DNA of 63,903 nucleotides, counting the filler. It is 6 parts of 6 records of this genome, joined end to end, with 100 filler letters (N's around TTAATTAATTAA, not from the genome) between each part and the next. Parts side by side here need not be neighbours in the genome. Positions count along the whole stretch, not along the records: positions 1 to 11,959 come from DRR723986_6395; 5 more parts are not named here. One strand, given 5' to 3'. The notes beneath the pieces are model-generated. The model did not search any database. It had not been told where the DNA came from and was given only the letters and a program-made list of their open reading frames with translations. Positions 1 through 7,457 of the stretch are shown here, one piece after another; position 1 is the stretch's first letter, and each line of letters starts with the position of its first letter. A program made the translations under genes and the position numbers.

Positions 1-30
1 GGTCGCAGGTTCGAATCCTGCCGTGGGTGC
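1..30 (+). tRNA. 3' part of tRNA-Arg(CCT) (attL; 5' part lies outside the contig)
   Basis: T-arm GCAGG-TTCGAAT-CCTGC followed by the acceptor 3' strand. Identity is inferred from the attR copy, which shows TTCCTAA. Confidence 0.75.
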
Positions 31-149
31 CTTTCAAAAACCTAGCGAATCGTTGGTTAAAACGATTACCTGGCCCATCGCCAGAGCGCACTTTTTCGAA
101 CCAGCAAAATGACAGACTGTCATTTTGCGAAGCGATTTGGAGCGCAATC

Positions 150-1385
150 ATGGCAAAGCGTCGGGGAATTCCTGGCTATCTGAAGCACTCAAGTGGCCAA
201 GCCAGAGTCTTGATCAACGGGAGGTCTTACTACCTAGGGAAGTATGGCAGCAAGGCCAGCAGGCAGCGGTACGACGCTCTCATTGCTGAGTGGTTAACAT
301 CCGGTCGAAGCCAAACGTTCGGCTTGGACGCTGGCAATCTAACTCTCGCCGACGTGATGGTCGGCTATCTCAAGCACTGCAAAGTTCACTACTCCGCGGG
401 GGTTGAATACAAGCACGTCAAGAGTGTTCTGCGCGTGGTCAACCAGCTGTACGCGACCGTCCTCGCGTGTGAATTTGGCCCCCAGCAATTCAAGGCAGTG
501 CGTCAGAAACTCATCGACGACCCTAAATGCCAATGGGCAAAACGTGACCTTAGGAAGACGGCGAAGCCGCTGTCACGGACCTACATTAACAGTCAGATGA
601 AACGTCTCACACGGATGTTTCGATGGTCGGCGGCGAATGGTGATGTTCCGCCTGATCTGTATCAGACCCTTAGGTTGATTCCGTCGCTGCAGCGTGGGCG
701 GACGGAGGCTCGAGAGGCCAAGAGCGTTGGGCCAGTCTCGATAGAAACGGTCCGAGCTACCCTTCCTTTTCTTCCGTCGGTGGTCGCGGACATGGTTCGG
801 CTTCACTACCTGGTGGCGGCCCGCCCGGCGGAGATCTGTGGCCTTACTCCAGAGATGATCGACCGAACTGGTGAGGTCTGGATCGCGAGGCTAAAGAATC
901 ACAAGACCGCGCGTCACGGGCGTGTTCGTGAGCTGCACTTCGGGCCAGCCGCTCAACAGATCCTCCGCCCTTATCTGGCAAGAGAACCAAACGCCAAGTT
1001 ATTCTCCCCCGTTGAATCTGAGGCGAATAGGCGTGCAGAGTTGTCTAAGGGACGGAAGACACCAGCGAACTGCGGGAATCGTCCAGGGTACTCAGAACGG
1101 GCTCGAGCTGGCCGTCCCGCAAAACGCCCGCCTGCCACGGAGTACAATCCTGGTAGCTACGCACGGGCTGTGCTGAGAGCAGCCAAGAAAGCAGGAGTCG
1201 AGCACTGGACACCCAACCAACTAAGACATGCTGGCGGGACACTGATCCGGTCACAGTACGGCTTAGAGCACTCACAAGCGATACTCGGGCATTCGAAGGC
1301 CGACATGACCGAACACTATGCAAAGGTCGATCAAGAGCGTGCGACTGAGGTAGCTAAGAACGATAGCGAACGACGAATAGACTGA
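150..1385 (+). CDS. int: Tyrosine recombinase/integrase
   Basis: Catalytic motifs AARPAE, NQLRH, LGHS and TEHYA; N-terminal arm-binding region (SSGQARV..YYLGKYGS); directly after the tRNA 3' end. ATG150 is preferred over the ORF start at 27. Confidence 0.95.
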   Translation: MAKRRGIPGYLKHSSGQARVLINGRSYYLGKYGSKASRQRYDALIAEWLTSGRSQTFGLDAGNLTLADVMVGYLKHCKVHYSAGVEYKHVKSVLRVVNQLYATVLACEFGPQQFKAVRQKLIDDPKCQWAKRDLRKTAKPLSRTYINSQMKRLTRMFRWSAANGDVPPDLYQTLRLIPSLQRGRTEAREAKSVGPVSIETVRATLPFLPSVVADMVRLHYLVAARPAEICGLTPEMIDRTGEVWIARLKNHKTARHGRVRELHFGPAAQQILRPYLAREPNAKLFSPVESEANRRAELSKGRKTPANCGNRPGYSERARAGRPAKRPPATEYNPGSYARAVLRAAKKAGVEHWTPNQLRHAGGTLIRSQYGLEHSQAILGHSKADMTEHYAKVDQERATEVAKNDSERRID

Positions 1386-1491
1386 TTAAATGTCGCCAGG
1401 GGCTTGATCACCCCGTGCTAGCCAGCCCGCGTTGTCCCGTAGCGACGCGGGTTTGGCTGACAGCGACATTCAAATCTACGGGAAAGAACAA

Positions 1492-2403
1492 ATGGAAGTG
1501 GTGATCGAGTCAACTAAGTTGATATCCGATGTCCAGCAGAGCAAACAGGTTGCGTGCTTACTGGAGGGCTACATTGAAATCATCGGAAACTACCTCGAAA
1601 TCGATGGAGAAGAGGATAACCGCAAGGAGCTTTTCCAGGAGTTCAATAAGAATTCTTCGGTGTTGTTCGGGCTACTGGGCGTGATTGCTAGGCGGACTTC
1701 ATACCTGTGGAACTTGAGAACAGGAGGCTTTGGCGAAGAGATTAAGGCTGCGGCCGGCCGACTTCCACCTGGGAAGCCAGAGTTCTTGCCGAGCGCTTTT
1801 CACTACCTTGTTCGGCAGTGCGTCGTGCTTCTGGAAGAATGTGAGAGTGCAACGCATGCACGAATCGACGGCGCAGATGACGAGCTCAGATTATTGGCAG
1901 AGCAAAAGGATATCGCACTTCAAGCTGAGTATTGGAACATCTTGAAGAACTCCGAGTGGCGAGAATTCGAATCCTGTGTGAAGCCAATGAGCCAAGTTAT
2001 TGAAGCAGTTAGCGCCAGCCTATGCAGCCCTCGAGAGACAATCGACAGAATTGAGGCTGAGGCTGCGAGGCTACCCGAAGACGAGAGTGAAGGGCCTGTT
2101 GCTCCTGGTAGCTGGAGAGGAAGTGATGGCAAAGTCCACTCCGGGATGAGGCCGATAGCTTGGAACCTTGCTGAATATCTTTGGAAAGCACGACGCAATT
2201 CGGCCACTATCGATGAGCTTGCTGCTCCATTGCTCGGCGACGCGGAGGAGTTTCTAGAAGAAAGCCAACTGAAGAACGCCCAGAGGACAGCAAACCAGTT
2301 TTTCAGAAGCTCCGGCCTGCCCATCCATATCGGCGTATCAACCACAAGCAACCCAACTCAGGCAACGCTAAAAAAGTTGGCGAGGTTTCGAAAAGAAACC
2401 TAA
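1492..2403 (+). CDS. Hypothetical protein with a C-terminal winged-helix-like region (possible regulator)
   Basis: Long ORF; the C-terminus (WNLAEYLWKARRNSATIDELA..LKNAQRTANQFF) resembles a wHTH. Start uncertain. Confidence 0.5.
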   Translation: MEVVIESTKLISDVQQSKQVACLLEGYIEIIGNYLEIDGEEDNRKELFQEFNKNSSVLFGLLGVIARRTSYLWNLRTGGFGEEIKAAAGRLPPGKPEFLPSAFHYLVRQCVVLLEECESATHARIDGADDELRLLAEQKDIALQAEYWNILKNSEWREFESCVKPMSQVIEAVSASLCSPRETIDRIEAEAARLPEDESEGPVAPGSWRGSDGKVHSGMRPIAWNLAEYLWKARRNSATIDELAAPLLGDAEEFLEESQLKNAQRTANQFFRSSGLPIHIGVSTTSNPTQATLKKLARFRKET

Positions 2404-2499
2404 AAGAAACCTAGACGAAACCTCCTGCTTGCAAGAATCCTTCGCAGTTAATGATTTCACGCCGCTTAGAAGGCACTCACTCGAACTCGGAGATTTGAC

Positions 2500-2751
2500 A
2501 TGCGAAGGAAGTTCATTCCAGTAGCTTCGGCAATTGAACAAGAGGCTGGATTACGCCCCTCACCGGCGACTCGCTGGCGATGGACAACCAAGGGAAGCGG
2601 TGGAGTCGTTCTTAAGACTTGGATGCTCGGCGGGAGACGAGTCACAACTCGTGAGGCTGTCCGTGAGTTCATCGAGCAACGAACGCGCGTCGCAACACCA
2701 AAACAAGCGAGGGACAACACACAGAAGGCACTAGCCGCAGAGCTGGCCTAA
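2500..2751 (+). CDS. DUF1580-like excisionase/HTH protein
   Basis: 83 aa with PSPATRWRWTTKG..LKTWMLGGRRVTTREAVREFI; GGAG RBS upstream. Confidence 0.8.
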   Translation: MRRKFIPVASAIEQEAGLRPSPATRWRWTTKGSGGVVLKTWMLGGRRVTTREAVREFIEQRTRVATPKQARDNTQKALAAELA

Positions 2752-2776
2752 GGAAGCAAAAAGGTGCCGAACCTCG

Positions 2777-3214
2777 ATGTGCGTCGAGGCTCGGCGATGG
2801 AAGATTGGGCAACCTTCAATCAGGATTCTACAAATGCACGAAGCGAGGGGCAAGCCGGAAGGCGATCGCCACACACCTGAGCAGTACAAGATTATCTCGG
2901 GGCGAATTTACAACCGGCGAAAGCAGATTCTTGGGGGGCAGGTGCCTAAAGGGGTGGATCAAGTTGATCCACCCATCGATTCGACCGCTGCCGAGGTGGC
3001 ATCAGAGCTTGGAATATCCCCTGGCACAGTCAAGCGTAATGGGCAGCGTGCCGAGGTACACGATGCGTTGCTTGAACAAGGCGACGTCGAAGCCGTTCTC
3101 GCGACTGCTAGGCGTCGTGCGGAGCTTAACTCGGCCCTCTTGCAGCTTGCCACGGTCGATGAGCGCCCTGCGGTTCTCCGGGCAATTCGTAGGTACAGCA
3201 AGGAGGCAATCTAA
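2777..3214 (+). CDS. HTH protein resembling the C-terminal part of phage ParB-like proteins (possibly truncated)
   Basis: TPEQ..GRIYNRRK and the HTH STAAEVASELGISPGTVKR; stop overlaps the next ATG (TAATG). Confidence 0.5.
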   Translation: MCVEARRWKIGQPSIRILQMHEARGKPEGDRHTPEQYKIISGRIYNRRKQILGGQVPKGVDQVDPPIDSTAAEVASELGISPGTVKRNGQRAEVHDALLEQGDVEAVLATARRRAELNSALLQLATVDERPAVLRAIRRYSKEAI

Positions 3215-3999
3215 TGGCCCGTATACGCACGATCAAACCTGAGTTCTGTACATCAGAGCAAATCGTCGAGTGCTCGGCGAGGGCTCGACTACTGTTCGTC
3301 ACCATGTGGTGCTTCTGCGACGATGCCGGTCGCCACCCAGCCAGCATCAAGCGACTCAAAATGGAGTGCTTTCCCGCAGACTCGCTCTCCGATGAGGACA
3401 TGAAAGCTCTAGTGGCGGAACTCTGCGACAACGACTTGCTTTCCGAATACGAACACGATGGGCAGCGATTCTGGCAGGTTACAGGTTGGCGAAAGCACCA
3501 GAAAATCGACCGCCCTACGTACAAACACGGCCCTTTCGAAGCAGACGGCAAGACCCCGAGGGCCCCCGAAATTCGTCGAACACTCGACGAGGCATCGACG
3601 AGCAATCAGCGAGCACTCGACGAGGCCTCACCCCCGGAAGGGAATGGAAGGGAGTCTAAGGGAATGGAGTCGAGTGGCATCGACGAAGAGTCGCCGAAGC
3701 CAACCAAGTCTAAACCGTCGAACGTACAGAAATCCCCTCCGTCTGTGGACCATGTTCGCCAGTACATGGCAGCCCAGAAATACCCAGACGATGCCGAAGC
3801 TTTCGTCGATCACTACACAGCCAATGGTTGGGTGCAGGGGCGTGGCAAACCAATCAAGGACTGGAAAGCCGCTGTACGCAACTGGCAACGAAACGACTTC
3901 CACCGGAAGCAAGCGAACGATGAGGCTGCACTACCACGCGCAGCCGACATCCAGAAAGAACCGCCCCGTGTTAAACCGAAAATGGAGCTTGCTCGATGA
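3214..3999 (+). CDS. Phage-type replication initiator (replisome organiser)
   Basis: N-terminus MARIRTIKPEF..ARLLF..WCFCDDAGR; C-terminus FVDHYTANGW..IKDWKAAVRNW; internal DNA repeats; followed by DnaB. Confidence 0.85.
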   Translation: MARIRTIKPEFCTSEQIVECSARARLLFVTMWCFCDDAGRHPASIKRLKMECFPADSLSDEDMKALVAELCDNDLLSEYEHDGQRFWQVTGWRKHQKIDRPTYKHGPFEADGKTPRAPEIRRTLDEASTSNQRALDEASPPEGNGRESKGMESSGIDEESPKPTKSKPSNVQKSPPSVDHVRQYMAAQKYPDDAEAFVDHYTANGWVQGRGKPIKDWKAAVRNWQRNDFHRKQANDEAALPRAADIQKEPPRVKPKMELAR

Positions 4000-5315
4000 C
4001 GGCTGAGAAAGACTACATCCAGCACACCAAGACTTGCGAAGAAGCTCTCATCGCTTGTGCATTGCTTGACCCGCAGCGCGCAGTTACCGAGGTACTCAGC
4101 ATCGTCATGCCAGAGGACTTTCGCGATGAAGACTTCGGGAACGTCTATCGAACGATCAGCGAATTGCACCAAGCAGGAATTCGCGCTGACAGCGACTCTG
4201 TGATCACGCAGCTTGCCAAGAAGGGTATCACGGCTGAGATCACCCCCGAGAAGCTCGGGCAAATTGTACAGCGACACACTGTGTCGAGTTCGCACACGAT
4301 TGACAATGCCGCGTACTACGCTGCCGAGGTTGCCCGGCTTGCGAGTCAACGTCGAGACATGGAGGTTGCTAAAAGTTTTCTATCACAGGAATTCCGGCTA
4401 GACCGCGATCGAACTAAGGAGCTGGAACGATTCGAGGCGGCGACAAAGGCTGAGCGACTAGCCGGCAGCGGCGACAGCGTGAAGATCTCCAAAGCCTTTT
4501 GTGATACAGCTGCGAGACACGCGTCCAGACCAAAGGATGAGGGGCCCGGTATTGCGACTGGCTTCCCCGACCTAGATTCAGCGATTGGCGGCGGACTGCA
4601 TAAAAGCACTTTGGTCTACTTAGGTGCTCGACTCGGGATAGGAAAGACAGCTCTGGCCCTCGCGATCGCTGCGTCAGTCACATCACGTGGGAAGAAAGTC
4701 TTGTTTTCGAGCTTGGAGATGACTGCGAATGAGCTTGCTGAACGCTTGGCGAGCGATCAGCTTGGAATCCCGTTTCGCCGTTTTAGCAACGGCGAACTTG
4801 AAACCGAAGACCTTGATGCAATAACGGCCTGTGCAAGCGAACTCGAAGACTGGGAACTTGAAATCGCCGACAGATCGAACCAGTCGATCGATTACATTCG
4901 TGCTCGGGCGTCCGTCATGGGCAACGTCGATTTGATTGTCATTGACAACCTGCAAATTCTTGCGCCAGTTGATGCTCGTGTTGAAAGGCGACACCAACTC
5001 ACCGCACTCGCGCAGAAGTGCAAGAGCCTCGCCAAGGATCTCGACTGTTGCGTGCTTCTCGTTGGACAACTGAATGCGGACGCGGAAGGAAGAGCCCCAA
5101 CGAAGCGAGATCTCTCCGAAGGTAAGCAAGTCCTTGAACCCGTACACACGGCCATGCTGCTGCATCGAGAGCGTGAAGGCGATGGCAGACTCTCGCGTCG
5201 CTTGGAGGTTCACGTCTCCAAGGCTCGAAGTGCAGAGGAGTGTGTTGTTGAACTGGATTTCGACGGCGCGTACCAACGAATCAGCGACCGCTCAGTCTGC
5301 TCAGAGCTTGGGTAG
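3996..5315 (+). CDS. dnaB: DnaB-like replicative helicase
   Basis: TGFPDLD, Walker A GARLGIGKT, SLEM, Walker B VIDNLQ, QLN and KAR motifs; ATGA overlap with the initiator. Confidence 0.92.
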   Translation: MTAEKDYIQHTKTCEEALIACALLDPQRAVTEVLSIVMPEDFRDEDFGNVYRTISELHQAGIRADSDSVITQLAKKGITAEITPEKLGQIVQRHTVSSSHTIDNAAYYAAEVARLASQRRDMEVAKSFLSQEFRLDRDRTKELERFEAATKAERLAGSGDSVKISKAFCDTAARHASRPKDEGPGIATGFPDLDSAIGGGLHKSTLVYLGARLGIGKTALALAIAASVTSRGKKVLFSSLEMTANELAERLASDQLGIPFRRFSNGELETEDLDAITACASELEDWELEIADRSNQSIDYIRARASVMGNVDLIVIDNLQILAPVDARVERRHQLTALAQKCKSLAKDLDCCVLLVGQLNADAEGRAPTKRDLSEGKQVLEPVHTAMLLHREREGDGRLSRRLEVHVSKARSAEECVVELDFDGAYQRISDRSVCSELG

Positions 5316-5324
5316 TTGGCATAG

Positions 5325-5999
5325 CTAGCCGACTCCTTGAAAGTACTCAAGAGTCGGGACTGCCTCGCAAAGGTCCTGAAACTCTTGCGAGCTCCGCCGA
5401 AGTGTTGACCTAAGCGACCTGAGTTTTCTGAGCGAATGCAAGGGCCGCAAGCCGCCCTTGTCGACCTTTACGCTGATGAGCCAAAGCATTTCCAGATATG
5501 CCAGCGAGGTGATAGGTGCAAGCGACTCCACCGCTATTTTGCGTCCCCTAACGGCTGATATGCCAAACTCCCTAAGGTTAGGAGTGCTCGTCAGAAAGCC
5601 GAGGTTCACTGGAGCTGCGACGTTCTCGATGAAAAGATACTCGAGCCCACTCAACGAAGCGATTGCGTTGAGGTCGGCTACTGACGGGGAACTTCCAAGA
5701 AACAGTGCCCTCAGATTCTTTGCGTTGCCAATTTCGCCTAGAGATTTCAGCGAGCTCCATTTGACGCTCAACGCTTCGAGTCGTGATGCATTTGCAGCCG
5801 CATCGAACAGCTCTTGCGATACCTTTGTCGAGAACATGATCGTGGTCGCGGGCACGCTAGGCAGAGCGTGAATCCACTTGTCGACTAACCGACGCTGGGC
5901 CGAAGCAGCAAGGCCCGTTTGCGTACACGCTATGTTGAGCACTTCTGATCCGTCGTAGTCTTCAACATTTTCTAATGCCGCTGGTATCTCACCTGACAT
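5325..5999 (-). CDS. Leucine-rich-repeat-like protein (cargo)
   Basis: Repeated LxxLxL units (LEALSV, LRALFL, LEYLFI, LREFGI, LEMLWL, LRSLRS). Start uncertain (5999 or up to 6050). Confidence 0.65.
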   Translation of the reverse strand: MSGEIPAALENVEDYDGSEVLNIACTQTGLAASAQRRLVDKWIHALPSVPATTIMFSTKVSQELFDAAANASRLEALSVKWSSLKSLGEIGNAKNLRALFLGSSPSVADLNAIASLSGLEYLFIENVAAPVNLGFLTSTPNLREFGISAVRGRKIAVESLAPITSLAYLEMLWLISVKVDKGGLRPLHSLRKLRSLRSTLRRSSQEFQDLCEAVPTLEYFQGVG

Positions 6000-6349
6000 C
6001 TGTCGAGCAGGCCAGTATCCGTAACGAAGTCTATCGGTGTCCGAATGCAACGTAAGCTCCCCAAGGTGGTAACGAGCTACAAAGCAGTAAAGCCTAATAG
6101 CTGCAACTTGTGATTACAAACAATGCGACGTTAGAGCCAGCGGGTCCTCATCAGCAGAACAACGAGATGCCCTCAACGGGAACAGTCCCTAATTACCACA
6201 ATCTTTCTTTATTTACTAGCTTACCTAAGCTTACACCTGCTTGATCTTCTGCATTTATATTCGCACTTCGGATTACTCGTTTGAACTTTCTCGAATCGAC
6301 GCGATCATGGTGTTCATAGCTGACACAATCGTGAACCAGGAGCCGTGCG

Positions 6350-6574
6350 ATGCAAAACATCGATAACCCAGACCGACTGATGAAAGTTGGGCCTACGTAC
6401 GAGCTTGTGACAGGCCACCCCGAACCCTCGAAGCAGACGCGATCAGCATGGGTCAGGAAAGGTCGGGGCGGGAGGCGGCTTTTGGTTACACGGTTGTGCG
6501 ATGGACTTTACACGACTCCGCGGCGGATGGCGGAGTTTTTGCAACTTGACCTTGTTCTGGAAGGCAGAAGATGA
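6350..6574 (+). CDS. Second, divergent DUF1580-like HTH protein
   Basis: PSKQTRSAWVRKGRGG..YTTPRRMAEFL aligns with the 2500-2751 protein; AGGAG RBS. Confidence 0.6.
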   Translation: MQNIDNPDRLMKVGPTYELVTGHPEPSKQTRSAWVRKGRGGRRLLVTRLCDGLYTTPRRMAEFLQLDLVLEGRR

Positions 6575-7008
6575 ACCTGATCAACAAACTAGCGGCGAAA
6601 GTGGCAAAACAGAAGGCTTCAGCAGAGGAGAGGCTTGCTGGTCTTCGAGCTGACTTCATCCAGGCGGCTTACTATGAGTCGTCGGGCGAAGACGCTTCAG
6701 ATCTCTCGCGAGCTGTGGAGGATGCGATTTCGGAAGGAGCGGTGTCTTCAGCGGAAATCGCCGAAATTCAACAAGCTGCATCGAAGCGGTACGAGCTGGA
6801 ATGTCGGGTGGCGAAAGAGCGGGAACTGCAGAAAGCTCGCCAAGAAACCGAACAGGATTTCGTTTCAATGACTAAGCGACACCGTGAGGAGCGCGAAGCA
6901 CTCTCCACCAAGCGGCACTTGGCTAAGACCGCCTACGCGAGCTGCCAGGAGTCGAAACAGCGCCTCCAGGATCTTGCGGGCGAGTTTCCAGAGCTTTTCG
7001 CGTTCTAG
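6571..7008 (+). CDS. Hypothetical coiled-coil protein
   Basis: 145 aa, rich in E/K/R/A and helical; ATGA coupling to the upstream gene. Confidence 0.7.
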   Translation: MNLINKLAAKVAKQKASAEERLAGLRADFIQAAYYESSGEDASDLSRAVEDAISEGAVSSAEIAEIQQAASKRYELECRVAKERELQKARQETEQDFVSMTKRHREEREALSTKRHLAKTAYASCQESKQRLQDLAGEFPELFAF

Positions 7009-7053
7009 GTCCGCAACATTCACGTTCCCTCCTGATCACCGAAAGTTAGACCG

Positions 7054-7359
7054 ATGAGTTCTCCCCAATTCGCGAGCTTGTTCCGGCGTGCCGGCAGCGC
7101 AGCCCAAGAACCAAAGCAAACCGACACCAACCAGCCTTCCACTCAATTCGCGAGCTTGTTTCGACGGGCCGGCAGCGCAGCTGGAAAGCCAAAGGCCCCG
7201 ATGCAGAACAGCACCAACAAGCTGTCGGGCATCGGTTCATCTGGGGCTGACACTGCAAGCGATGTTAACTTCAACAAGGTGCCAGATTCTCTTCAGTTTT
7301 CGAGCCTGTTTCGACAGGCAACGAACCCTGGCCGCCAGCTGGATTTCACCGCACGCTGA
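7054..7359 (+). CDS. Small protein with three QF(A/S)SLFR(R/Q)A repeats
   Basis: Repeats 1 and 2 differ only at synonymous third positions over 13 codons. Confidence 0.7.
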   Translation: MSSPQFASLFRRAGSAAQEPKQTDTNQPSTQFASLFRRAGSAAGKPKAPMQNSTNKLSGIGSSGADTASDVNFNKVPDSLQFSSLFRQATNPGRQLDFTAR

Positions 7360-7370
7360 GCAAAGCTTGC

Positions 7371-7424
7371 CGGAGCGGCTCGGGTCTGTATCGCCTTCCA
7401 TCGGGCTCGGGCTAGCTCCGTTTT
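7371..7424 (+). terminator. G-U-rich 18-bp hairpin followed by TTTT, upstream of the tape-measure gene
   Basis: 7371-7388 pairs with 7402-7420 (one bulged A, five G-U pairs), then T4. Confidence 0.5.
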
Positions 7425-7457
7425 GACACAAAACTTCAGAACACACGGTTGAGACAA

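Noticed and set aside
1-16. Terminal repeat as proof of a circular, excised form
   Set aside because: An assembly break at the attL/attR repeat gives the same pattern; junction-spanning reads are needed.
2857-2866. GGAAGGCGAT is complementary to the hairpin loop at 7390-7399
   Set aside because: A single 10-nt match found after many comparisons is compatible with chance.
7066-7320. Repeats as a possible mini-CRISPR array
   Set aside because: Spacing is irregular, variation is synonymous within an ORF, and no cas genes are present. No CRISPR array was seen anywhere in the window.
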